64,000 nucleotides of DNA from the human T2T-CHM13v2.0 reference genome, Homo sapiens. Under the pieces are notes generated by a model. That model was not told the origin of the DNA, searched no databases, and saw only the letters and a program-made list of their open reading frames with translations. The stretch lies in the NCBI RefSeq assembly GCF_009914755.1, contig NC_060932.1. One strand, 5' to 3'. Within the stretch, counting starts at the first letter, position 1. Every line of letters begins with the position of its first letter. Position numbers and translations under genes: made by a program. Positions 12,912 through 25,517 of this stretch are shown here, in pieces.

Positions 12912-13003
12912 GGCATGTGGGGCAGGGGCAGGGGGATGTGTCTGCTCTGCCCTCAGCATCCCCCGGGAAAGCCAGGTGAGTGACCGTCCCATGGTGCTTG
13001 CAG

Positions 13004-13119
13004 ATTGCACAGAGGACGAGGCCTGCAGCTTCTTCACCGTGTCCACGACGGAGCCAGAGATTTCCTGTGATTTCTATGCTTGGACAAGTGACAATGTTGC
13101 CTGCATGACTTCTGACCAG
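13004..13119 (+). CDS. TG: TG exon 24 (116 nt), start of type-3 repeats
   Basis: ttgcag|ATTGC...CCAG|gtgagg; (D)CTEDEACSFFTVSTTEPEISCDFYAWTSDNVACMTSDQ. Confidence 0.96.
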
Positions 13120-13494
13120 GTGAGGTGGGGCAGCCACGTGTGGTTCTGCTCCTCATCCGCTGTGGATCAGATGTGCTCTGAGGAGCGGGCAGCAGGCTGG
13201 CCAGGCGATGGAATGAGGTTGTCGAGAGCTGATCCTCTGTTACCTCCATTTCTTCAAAGCAATGGGACTTTGGCAAATTGAAGCTGTGATAGTCCAGAGA
13301 CAGACCCAAGATGAAGCTGGAGTAAGGGGCGTCTGCTTGAGCCTTGTGGCTTCCTGACGAGTCAGTCAGGAGAGAACCACCTGCCCCATCAGGCAGTGTG
13401 GGCAAGATGTGAGGGGGCCCTAAACACCACTGCCCCTTGGGGTCCCAGACCCGAATATGCCTTTCCATTGTAGAAATAAAACATAATCGTGGTT

Positions 13495-13809
<315 letters not shown>

Positions 13810-14580
13810 TTAAAAAGGAAAACAAGTTAAATATTAGAACCACATAACATTGCTGTTCTGTGAGTCAAAGCTTATAGAGTATTGTCAGTTTCATGTGGTA
13901 CCATCAAATTAGGATAATTAGACCCTGTCCTCCTCCAGTGGAAAGCAGGAGTCTCCTGTCTCCTAATTTCCCAATTCATAAACACGTGCTCGTGCATAAA
14001 CACGAGCTCTTCTCAGGTCTGCGGGAATGTCTTCTTTCTTTTTGCTCTCCAAGGCTCTTCTTCCTCTCCCCAGGCCATTGCCTCTTCAGTGAGTTCAGGC
14101 TTTCTGCAAAGCAAGAAGAGCTGTTGCCTTCAAACAGCCTTGCTGTAGCCCCTGTCCTCCAAAAATTCCCACAGGAAACTCAAAATTTGGCAGCCTTGCG
14201 GGGGAAGGCAAAATACTGGGAACAAAACACACCAATTTATCCTACCTCATCCACATAGCAAGACTGCTGAAAGTAAGTCAGAAAGAGAGATCAGAAAGGG
14301 CCAAGAATTGCAAGATCTCTGGAAGTCTGACCTCACCATCTCCGAGCTTAAGAACCTTCTTCTAGATACTCCCTGGATAGAAACTAAGTGCCTGTAAGGT
14401 CTTTCATAGCCAGCTCCAGCCTCTCTCTCCTCTCCCGTCACTCCCCTCTCATAACTGACAGTCCAAAAATTACTGAATTACTGAACCTAGTTCTGAAAAC
14501 ACCCATGAAATTCTGGGTCCCTGAGTCTGCTGTTTCCTCTGCTTAAAATCAGCCCTCTCTTGTTTCCATCTGGCAAACTC

Positions 14581-14886
14581 TTTTTTTTTTTTTTTTCTTT
14601 TGAGACAGAGTTTCACTCTGTCGTCCAGGCTGGAGTACAGTGGTGCAAACTAGGCTCACTGCAACCTCCGCCTCCCAGGTTCAGGTGATTCTCTCGCCTC
14701 AGCCTCCTGAGTAGCTGGGATTACAGGCAGACGCCACCACACCCGATTAATTTTTTTTTTGTATTTAGCAGAGATGGGGTCTCAACATGTTGGTCAGGCT
14801 GGTCTTGAACTCTAGACCCCAAATGATCCACCCGCCTCGGCCTCCCAAAGTGCTGGGATTACAGGTGTGAGCCACTGCACCCAGCC
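14581..14886 (-). mobile_element. AluS
   Basis: poly-T then reverse Alu body; TSD gcaaactc. Confidence 0.92.
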
Positions 14887-15198
14887 CAGCAAACTCATTA
14901 ATATCTCAGAACCTCACTCAGACTCACTTTTTCTGGGAAACTTTTCTAGCTTCTCTTTCTGAATGGAATCAATTGCTCCTTCCTCTCTAATTACCTCTTC
15001 TTTAATTATATGTATCTTTGCAGCTAACACTCCTGGCTGCAAGTTACTGCTTACACGTCTGTCTCCTCCAATAGACCAGGAGCAACTAACTTACCTTTGT
15101 AGCCCTGGTGCCTAGCCATGGTTAGGGTTGGATGAATGTTTGTTGGATTGAATTATAAAGTATTGCAGGATAATAATGCAGCATCTTTCCATCTCCAG

Positions 15199-15307
15199 AA
15201 ACGAGATGCACTGGGGAACTCAAAGGCCACCAGCTTTGGAAGTCTTCGCTGCCAGGTGAAAGTGAGGAGCCATGGTCAAGATTCTCCAGCTGTGTATTTG
15301 AAAAAGG
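15199..15307 (+). CDS. TG: TG exon 25 (109 nt)
   Basis: ctccag|AAACG...AAGG|gtaggt; KRDALGNSKATSFGSLRCQVKVRSHGQDSPAVYLKK(G). Confidence 0.96.
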
Positions 15308-16910
15308 GTAGGTTGGTCAGGCTGGTTGGCTTAGGCCCGCGGTGGCTTCACACGGTCATGTTTGGAGCTGGTTTCCAGCAGGTGCATGTGAGGAGGAGCC
15401 AGACTGTCCCGCTCCCCACTCCACACCCTCAGTCTGGCTTCTCTGAGCTCCATCCTTTGGCAGACTCAGCACAGCACGCTCCTCAGGCAGGCACTGATCT
15501 CCCCTGGGACTGCAAAGATATTTCCACATCATTCTCCTTTGTGCCTTCAGGTTTGATCCCATTGCAATCTAGCAAGGATTGAGAGCCTCATTCTGCAGGC
15601 AGAGCTAAGTTGCAGAGTGGACACAAAGCTACGAAGTGAAGGATCTTGGCAGAACCCGCTGAGTTCAGCCTGTGCCGTCTGGAAGGCCCATGCGGCCCAA
15701 GAGGCTGGGCAAACTGCTCACTGGGGCCTGGGTGCCGGGCTCCCAGCAGCTGCTCCTCCCGGGCTTTCTGATTCATAGAGCTTCTCCTTCTCCTCACTTA
15801 ATCTCTACCCTCCCAGGACGTTTTCCTCCCAGTGAACCCAGGCCCTGTAAGGTGCAAACCTGAGTTAGTAAATCATTGGTGTCAGGCCGAGATCTAGCCT
15901 TTCTAATCACCCCTTAGAGAGTGCCAGTGCTGCTGGTCCGGGGACCACACTTTGAGTAGCAAGCTGTGTCGTACTGTATAGTTTATGACTTCCTTTCTCA
16001 TTCATCTTTTCATTTCACACTCATGGAAACTCTTGGAGAAAGGCACAAAGGGGATTCCAATCCCCATGTACACATAAGGAAGTCCTCTGGGCCGCTGCTG
16101 GCACGTGGGAGAGGCAGGAACTCTTTCCCTGGAATCCTGAGGTCTGCGCTCGCTCTTCTGCCCCACCCTGCTCACCCCCTGCCTCCTCTCCGGTGGGGTG
16201 GAAAGGAAACATGCCAGCAAGGCACGCTCTGAGCCATGCGCTCTGGGCCATGGCCAGGCTCTGACCTGTGACCTGTGGTTCCTTCATAGCTGTTAAGGGC
16301 TGCAGAGCAAGGGAGGACGGTGGGGCCCGCCTGCCTGTGTGGAACCCCTCCTCTGCCACATATGAGCTGCATGGTCTTGGGCCTGTTCCTTGACATTCTC
16401 AGCTTCAGTTTCCTCCTTAGTAAAACAGGAGTCATGGTGGACCAAGGTCATCGGCAGATTGGAATGAGGTGACACATGTGAAACTGTTAGGACAGGGCTG
16501 GGCTCATGGGGAAAGCTCAGCGAGTGTAGAACATTTCTGTAATCATCTTTGTTCCTGCTAAAAAGTTTCCTGAGGGCCCGAGGCCATGGCTGTGCACCAG
16601 ATGACAGCCAAAGGGGGCTCGACCTGGGACTTGGGGGTTGGGAGAAGGGGAGTACAGGTGTCACTCTCTGAGGTTCGTAACTCAGGGCAAGTGGCTCGGG
16701 GCTTCCAGCAGCTTCAGACTTGTGCCAGGAAAATCAGCAAGTGGAGACGATGCCACAGCCCAGGCCCAAAGCTGCCCTGACCTTGGTAGCAATTGCGAGC
16801 CCACAGCAGGGACAAGTGTTTGTGTATTTTTCCCTGTGGTCCTTCTTTCACCTAATGCCTTCATCCCCACTTCACAAAGAGTTTGCCTGGGAGATTGGAA
16901 TCTGGCAGAG

Positions 16911-17010
16911 CTCGGCTCTCTCTAATCTATGACCAGGGTCACTCGGATCTCTCTAATCTAGTGACTAGGGTCACTCGGATCTCTCTAATCTAGTGACCAG
17001 GGTCACTAGA
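16911..17010. repeat. 32-bp minisatellite, 3 copies
   Basis: unit ctcggatctctctaatctagtgaccagggtca at 16911, 16942, 16974. Confidence 0.92.
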
Positions 17011-18213
17011 ATTTCTGCTGCAATCTTTATTCCAATTATTTTCATTGTCCTGTTTTTCTTTTTAAATAACAAAACATAGGGATTATTTTCTAAAAATAAA
17101 AATCAAAATAGAACAGTAACCCCTACCCAAAATGTCCTTTAAAATCATGACTTACCCTTTTATGACATTTTAAAAAATGCAATTGTATTTCTGTTTAAGT
17201 GTTTATTTTTTTTTTCAACATCACACAGAAAGTCCTAGTGTTTGTTATTTTTATTTTTCCTTTTTGTCTCCTGAAAGTTTGTACTTTGGGGGAAAGTTAC
17301 AAAGGAAATTGGGAAAATTCCTTGTTGCCAAACTAAATCAAGGGCAGAACTATGTTTTGCTTTTTTTGGTTTGTTTTCCTTTTTGGTTTAAAGCAGAAGA
17401 TGTGCCCGGCAGCCGTTCTAGACCCGGGTGGAGTGGAGGAGGAGGGGAGGAGGAGTAAGTTGGGTCTGGCTTCCAACTCCCGCCTCCCTCTTCCTGGCTC
17501 TGTCTCTGATCAGGAACAACTTCTTTATTTCACTTGAAACTCAGTTTCTCCTCTGTAAAATGGGACTGTGTCACAACCGAGGAGGACAGGACACAGTTTC
17601 TGAAAGTCACCCACACACATCTTCAGCTCGCAGTAGGTAGTTAATCATGTCCATTCCCATCTCTGACCTTCAGTAACCTTCAGTGGGACTAAAGAAAGGG
17701 CCTGAGTCCCAGAGCTTGATCTGTCACCCAATACCCTCTGCTGCCTACTCCCACTTAATGTCTGTGGCCTTCAACTTGGGGGATGAGTCGTGGGGTCTCT
17801 CAGAATCAAAGGATGTCAGTGCCCAAAGGTTCTTTAGAGATTATCTAGCCCAACCCCTCATCTCACAGATGAGGTCTAGGAAAAGGAACCATCTTACTAC
17901 ATGTGACATCAAAGTGGAACCTCCTCTGAGTCTGAAAGGCCTTCCTGGCCTGCTTCATTGTCTAGGCTTCTACCACTGCGGTGCAATAAGCACTTTTGTA
18001 GGCACTGTGGATACATCTGTGAGCAAAACAGAATCACTGATAGGGGAATAGAACCAGCAATAAGATCATCTCAGAGGGCAGTAGGTGCTTGGATGAAAAT
18101 GAAACAGGACGAGGAGGTAAAGACGGGTATGAGCTGCTTCAGGGTGGTCAGGGAAGGAATCACAGAGGAGGGGACATTGGAACTCTGATCTGAAGGATGA
18201 AAAGCAGCCCATC

Positions 18214-18532
<319 letters not shown>

Positions 18533-18595
18533 TCAGGATAGGTGCCCTATGTGGAAGATACCAAGGGGAGCTGAGATGTGGCCCTGGACTCCAGA

Positions 18596-18770
18596 GCAGC
18601 ACCGTCCAATGGAACCTTTGGCAGTGATGGAAACGGTCTACAAATCTGTGCTGTCCATTAGTTACTCATGACTATTGAGCATTTGGAAGGTTGCTATTGC
18701 AATATTAACTTTGATTAACTGACATTGATTTTTAAATAGTCACATAAGGCTATAATTACGGCATCAAACA
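18596..18770. mobile_element. MER3 (hAT-Charlie) relic
   Basis: cagcaccgtccaatggaacctttggcagtgatggaaac...tgtgctgtcca...tttaaatagtcacat resembles MER3. Confidence 0.65.
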
Positions 18771-19059
18771 CTGGAGAATCACATGCTGTAGGGGAGGCCG
18801 ACTCTCTCAAGTAGCTTAAATACAGGGAGAGGGACGGTAGAGGGTTTAGTACAGGCACAAAAAGAATGTATGAGGGATCAAGGGAGAGAGAGATGAATTC
18901 TAACTGTACAAATGCAGAGATGGACCCTTCAAATAAAGCTGGGCTTTGGTGAAGAGTGGATTTGCATTCGAGGCAGAAGGGGCTGAGTGAGCCAATGCTT
19001 GGAGGGAGAAGACGCTGGCTTTTTGGAGATACATAAAACATCTGCTGAGCATAAGCTAA

Positions 19060-19452
<393 letters not shown>

Positions 19453-20793
19453 TGAGGATTACTTATTATCATCCTCATTGTACAGATGGGAAGCTTGGGA
19501 GGCTGAGGATCCAAGGAATTAGGGACTTCCTTGGCAGGGTGACCTCAGATCTGTTTGATCTGAAGCTCGTGCTCTTGGGTCTCACACTGAAAACCTCTCT
19601 ATGACGTCCAGCTGTGTGAGTCAAATAAGATGGGGTGATCTGCCAGACTGACGGGAGGTCAGAGTGGTGAAGGGCACAGGCCCTGGTGTTCTGTCCACCA
19701 CTCACTGGCTGTGTAAACCCGAGCCAGACAGTTCGCATGTCAAGACTTTTCCTCAAATGGAAAATGGGCATAAGAATGGGGCAGACATTTAGGCTATAGT
19801 GCTCTATATATCTATCCCTGAAAAATCTCATGTTTGCAAAGTGACACTCTAAAATTAACAGGGCTGATTTGAAAACTAGACTTAGGGACGGGAAACCCAA
19901 ACCGTGCCACTTTTAGGTAGACCAATGGAAAAAAACATTAACAATTCTACTTAAAAATGCTAGAACAGTTTTTAAAAAGATGTTTTGAATTCATAATAAA
20001 GAAATGCTTCTGAAAATGTAAAAGAGCAAGGTAGCTTGATGGGGAGGGTGTAAGGAAGGGTTGAGGCTGCTGAGTTATGGAGACAAGGGCTGCTTGCACA
20101 AAGGGAAGGGAAAACTCTGCAATGGTCACTTTGAAGACAGCCCCTGGGTGGGGCCAGTTTCAGGCAAGAGGAAGAATGTGGGATCATGGGTATTGTGTAC
20201 AGTCCTGAGTTCTTGCAGTTTGTTGCATTCAGCTGCATTTGTCTACAGAGCATTCCTTTAATGATGTTTGGTGGCACAAGGCAATGACATGCTCAGAAAA
20301 CTGTAGATAGTGCAAGCAATGTGACTTCAGCATTACAGTGGCCAAGCTTCCCTACCACATGTTTAAACTAATTTGTGTGACAGAAACACTTGTGATAGCA
20401 GAGCAAGGCGGTGAAAATCAAATGAAACCACGTAGGTAGAGCATGTGGCACAGGGTCTGTGTATATACTTACAGTGCAATACATATTTGCTGGTAATAAT
20501 AAACATAAAAATATATGGCCATTTTCTACACATACCCTTTGGACCCTTGAAGACGTGTTGGGCATTTGTCCCGATCTCCTGGGTTTGGGGCCATGGCCTT
20601 GGCTGGCCCCACCCTCTTCATGCACAGGCACATCCAGAAGCTTTGTGGCACAGAGAGCATCTCATCTTGGCCCACACGCTGCCTGGAGCACTGTTGCAGC
20701 TAAGTCAACAAACTGTCCTGTGAGATCAGTAAGCTCTGTCCAACTCTGCCATGTTTTGAGGTCTTTTAAAATTTTGTTCTGCCTTTCCCCCAG

Positions 20794-20985
20794 GCCAAGG
20801 ATCCACCACAACACTTCAGAAACGCTTTGAACCCACTGGTTTCCAAAACATGCTTTCTGGATTGTACAACCCCATTGTGTTCTCAGCCTCAGGAGCCAAT
20901 CTAACCGATGCTCACCTCTTCTGTCTTCTTGCATGCGACCGTGATCTGTGTTGCGATGGCTTCGTCCTCACACAGGTTCAAGGAG
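20794..20985 (+). CDS. TG: TG exon 26 (192 nt)
   Basis: ccccag|GCCAA...GGAG|gtaatg; (G)QGSTTTLQKRFEPTGFQNMLSGLYNPIVFSASGANLTDAHLFCLLACDRDLCCDGFVLTQVQG(G); NLT sequon. Confidence 0.96.
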
Positions 20986-21559
20986 GTAATGTTGGCAGTG
21001 AGGGCCAGGGCCTAACAAGGGATGGGGAGCACACAGGGATGCAGAAGCCAGGACACACAACATGGAGCTGCATGGGGAGTACAGTGTGAGTGCCTACACC
21101 CAAAGAGAAGGTGACAGTCAAGTACACAATACACACATGATACTCACATTCACATTCCACATGTTGCACACTGTGCTGGCCCCTTCACCTTGTAATACTG
21201 GTTTATTCCTTTCTGCTGTCTTTACGGGGCATATTGCAAGCTCCGTTTTACACACTGAGAAACTAAGGCTCAGATAATTTAAATCATTTGCTCATGTTCA
21301 GACACCTTGAAAAGTGATAGAGCCAGGATTTGACCCAAGTTGTGTCTTCCACAGCACCTTACTGTCACTTGTGAAGCCAGGACTGGACATATTTGGTCCA
21401 AAAATGTCAGCTCATTCCCATTTCCCACCATCATTCATTCAACAATGATCTATTGAGTGCCCACTGCATACCAGGTCCTGTGATCAATAGGCCTATCATT
21501 TTGAATAGTATCTCAGCAATGGAGGTGCCCTTCTGTTTATGGAAATAAATTCATGTACT

Positions 21560-21760
21560 CAGCAGTGTAGCCTAGTGGTTGAGAAGGGACTTTGGTGTTA
21601 TGGACCTGGGTTCTAGTCACTGCTGTCACTTTCTGGCTGTGCGATCTTGGACAAGTTACTTAATGAAGTTGCACTTCCCTTGTTTATAAAATAGAGATAA
21701 TGATACTTTCTACTGGACTACTTGTTATAAAGATAATGAGTGCAAAATGCTGCGTATAGA
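21560..21760 (+). mobile_element. MIR
   Basis: gtagcctagtggttgagaagggact...ggctgtgcgatcttggacaagttacttaa. Confidence 0.65.
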
Positions 21761-22571
21761 TTTGGCTCCTGGTGTGCCATTGATTGACTAAGAGAGTCTT
21801 AACTGTTTTATATGAAAACCAATCCTGTTTCTCCTTAGCAGCATCAAACTGTAAGCCACTATGTGACTGGTCACATTAAATTTATGAAAAATTCTAAAGA
21901 TTAGAAAAAATTGAAATAGTCTGATATATCTTGTTATGGTTCTCACTTAAGTCAACAGGAGACTCCAATTGATCACCATATATGTGCAATGGAATGTTCT
22001 AGGCATTACAAACAGATAAAAAGGACTTTGGGTCTGGTGGGAGAGGCAGTGTGCACCGTGAAAGGGGAATAAATGGCCTTTACTCATTTATTCATCGCTG
22101 CTGGCGTTCAGCAAACATGTTTGGAGCACTACTCGGCATCAGGCTTGAGAACTAGGCAGTGTGCGATGCAAATGCCTGATGAGGTAGAGACGTAGAAGTC
22201 TTGGAGTGTGAAGGAAGAGGATAACAAGAGGAAGGTCAGGGAAGGCTTCCAGGAAGAAGAGGAACTTGGGCCAGGCTTTGTGGGATGAGCAGTACTTAGA
22301 TGACAGAGTGGGAGGATTTGGTTCAGAGTGGGTGTCCTTGTGAGCTGAGCTAGAGACAGAGAGACCCCAGGTTTTCTGAAGGCTATTAACTGAGACATGG
22401 AGCTGATCAGGAAGCAGGTGTTTTTTGGTATCACCTCGAGGACTGTTGCTGCCTCCAGCATCTGCACAATATCCCCACCAGGCTCAGGGTAGAGGATGTC
22501 TCCTTCTGAGAAGGACTAACCCTGCCTCCTGGGTATAAGAGCCCCTTGTCTTACCTTTGCAGGCCCATGCC

Positions 22572-22955
22572 TGATACAATTTGGATGTTTGTCCCTCCTC
22601 ATCTCATGTTGAAATGTGATCCCCAGTGTTGGAGGTGAGGCCTAGTGGGAGGTGTTGGGTAACAGGGGTGAATGGCTTGGTGCTATCCTCGTGACAGTGA
22701 GTGAGTTCTTCTTGCAAGATCCTTAAAAGTATATGCCACCTCCCCCTCTCTCTAACTCCTGATCTCCTGTAACATGCCTGCTCCCCCTTCACCTTCTGTC
22801 ATGAATGTAAGCTTCCTGAGGCCTCACCAGCAGTAGATGCCAGCACCATGTTTCTTGTACTATCTGCAGAATCATGAGCCAATTAAATCTCTTTACTTTA
22901 TAAATTACCCGGCCTCAGGTATTTCTCTATAGCATTGCTAGAACAGCCAAGTACA
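22572..22955 (+). mobile_element. MSTB-type MaLR solo LTR, complete
   Basis: TG...CA termini (tgatacaatttggatg...ccaagtaca) with perfect 5-bp TSD atgcc. Confidence 0.88.
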
Positions 22956-24289
22956 ATGCCCCTGCCCTCCTCCCTGCTCTCCACCTGTCACCAGCCCAGT
23001 GTTTTCCAGGGCTCCCCAGCAGAAGGCAGATACATTGTTCTTAGCCCTTCTCCCTTCTTAAAATCCAACATGTGCATGGCACCACAGAGTCCATGACCTC
23101 CGACCTTCCCTCGAGTGCCTTTCCGGTTGCTCTCCTTCTCTACCACAGCCAGACCCTGCAAGCTGAGACCCTGTCTCACCCCCAAACTGCTTCTACCAGC
23201 TCTCCAGTCACCAGGGGCATCTTCTGATCCTCTGAAGGCCTGTTGTCTCTGGCAGCTGTCACTATTTCCTGCTGTCCAGTTATTTCCACCTTCTCCTCTC
23301 CTGACCTCCAAGATGCCCTTCTCTTGCTCCTTAAACTGTGCCTTCTCTTCTCCTTCAGCTTTCTGGGTTGAATCCTTAGATATTGATAGGTCCCACCTCC
23401 ACCTCTTGTGGGTCTGTGTTCTGGGTGTGACCTCTCTGCAGAGGTCGACATCCATACACGCATCTGCTGTCCAGATATATCCTCTTGGACATCCGTTAGG
23501 AATCTCAAAGTCAAATGAATGGATAGTTTTTACCCTAAACCAGCCGATCTCAGTGAAGGGCACCTGAGCCACAGACCTGGGATCATGCTGAATGCCCCAC
23601 AGCCCTCTTCCCTTCTGTGAAGCTGTCACTCCAATTTCCTGTTGCTCTCTTATTATTTTGTTTGAGATCGAGGTGTATTCCATCCCTGTCACCTCAGTCT
23701 GCATTTAAGCCTGTATTATTATTTTCTTGGCACCTGTACCAGTCTCTTAATTGGCCTCTCACCACCAACCCCCACTACTTGACTAGATTCCCCATCCTCC
23801 AAGTCATCCTATTCAACTTTAGGCTCTCCTTGTGATTTCCTCCTCCTGGAGTACTATTTTGTCCCTTCTTTTTGTATCCAAGTCCACATATCCATCTCCC
23901 TGGTGGATTCGAACTCCCCAGGCTATGAAAGAGTTATTTATCCTCAGCCTTTAGGACAGCCATGCTCACTGTAGGTGCAGAGGAATGCTGCTGAATTGGG
24001 CAGACCCCAAAGTGGGGAAGTGACCTGCCAGATGCCCGTGTTCCAGTGGTCAGCAAAGGGAACTTGGCTTTCCTGACTTATGACATAGACACTTGTGCTC
24101 TACTCCCCCTCCCACCCCCACTGTTTCCACCTCCTCCTCTCAGGTCCAGAGGGAGAAAAGGATAATTGTTAATTGCTAGACTCTGAAGACAAGTGAATAT
24201 TGCATTGAAAACATGTAATAAGTCTTTTGCCCCATTCAGAGAGATAAATTAAGACTTTCCGAAATCTTGAATCATGTGTAGTTTAAATG

Positions 24290-25400
24290 AGATAAAGAGA
24301 AGAGGGAAGGTGATGTTAAATGGAAAGAATAGCATATGCAAAGTCCCTGTGGGAAGAGGGTGCAGGATAAAGAAGAGAAGCCTAGAGGAAGCCGTGGTCC
24401 CTGGAGCAGAGAGTACAAGGCCAGAGGTTTAAGGGGCGGGAGGGAGAGGCCAGGCCACAGTGAGGAGAACCTTGTAGGCGGCATGAATAGTTGTTTTTAT
24501 TCTAATAACGACTGGAAGCCACTGAATGTTTTAAGCAAGGAAGTGTCATGATCAGATTTGAACTTTGACGTGAGCGCTTGTCATGTCATGGCTTGAATGT
24601 GGAGAAGGTTGTGGCTAGGGGTCAGAGTAGATGCAGAGATGAGTTAGAAACTGTCGCAGTAGTCCAGGGTAGAAGGTATGGTATCCTGGGCTAGGGCTAT
24701 TGCAGTGGAGAGGGGGAATAGAAGACAGATTTAAAGCATCCCCAGGAGGCAAATTCAATAAGACTTTGAATTTGGGGGTTGAGGAAGAGGTGTCAATGAT
24801 TATTCTTGGGTATCTAGCTTGTTCACCTGTTGTGTGGCAAAGAATGAAAGAGATTGGATGTCCAATTTGGCGATGGGAGAGGGAGATTTAGGAAGGCCGT
24901 GGGTCCATGTGGGGTATACTAAGTTTGAAGTGACTTTTGAGACATCCAAAAAATGTCAGCTGAGTTTTTAGATGCAAAGATCGAGAGCTCAGAAGGGAAG
25001 TGTGGATGGGAGATATAAATGTGTAAATTACAGCTTCGAGGTGGTATCAAATGTGTGGATATGAATGCAGTTTTCTAGGAGGAGGGTGCAGAATGAGGAG
25101 ATAAAGGGGGATGGAGCTGATCTTGATGAACAGCTACATAACAGGTAGAGAATATGCAAAGAGATAGAGAAGGAGCAGCCAGAGGGGGAGAAGGAGATGG
25201 GGATAGTGGATCCTCGCGAAAGCTAGGGTGGGAGAGCGTTGCATGGTGAGGAAGTTGTCAACAGTCTTGAGTGCTGCTGAGAGTTCAAACAAGGTGATTC
25301 CTGAAAAATGCTGAGTTTAGCTCACAGTGGTTGAGGTGGCTAAAATGAGAATGTTTTGTTGGAGTGGTGGGGCAGGAACACAGATTGGAATGAGCTGATT
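24290..25400 (-). mobile_element. L2 internal fragment
   Basis: purine-rich antisense-L2 pattern (ggaagccactgaatgttttaagcaagg...atgatcagattt...agtttgaagtgact...gacatcca); boundaries approximate. Confidence 0.6.
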
Positions 25401-25478
25401 CCTAAAATTCCTTCTACATTTAATGTTCTATGATTATGTGATGTGGATTCCTGTTAGTGTTTAGATAGGAAAAATATG

Positions 25479-25480
<2 letters not shown>

Positions 25481-25514
<34 letters not shown>
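25481..25514. repeat. (AC)17 microsatellite
   Basis: read directly. Confidence 0.93.

Positions 25515-25517
<3 letters not shown>

Noticed and set aside
12317-13281. Long Cys/Val- and His/Thr-rich ORFs (up to 289 aa)
   Set aside because: Artefacts of the stop-poor TG repeat; only 13004-13119 is real coding sequence (exon 24).
16911-17010. Resemblance to a CRISPR array (32-bp palindromic repeats)
   Set aside because: No unique spacers between repeats, eukaryotic intron, no cas genes.
22988-23704. 238-aa minus-strand ORF
   Set aside because: No recognisable domain, overlaps degraded L2-like sequence, no splice or promoter support.
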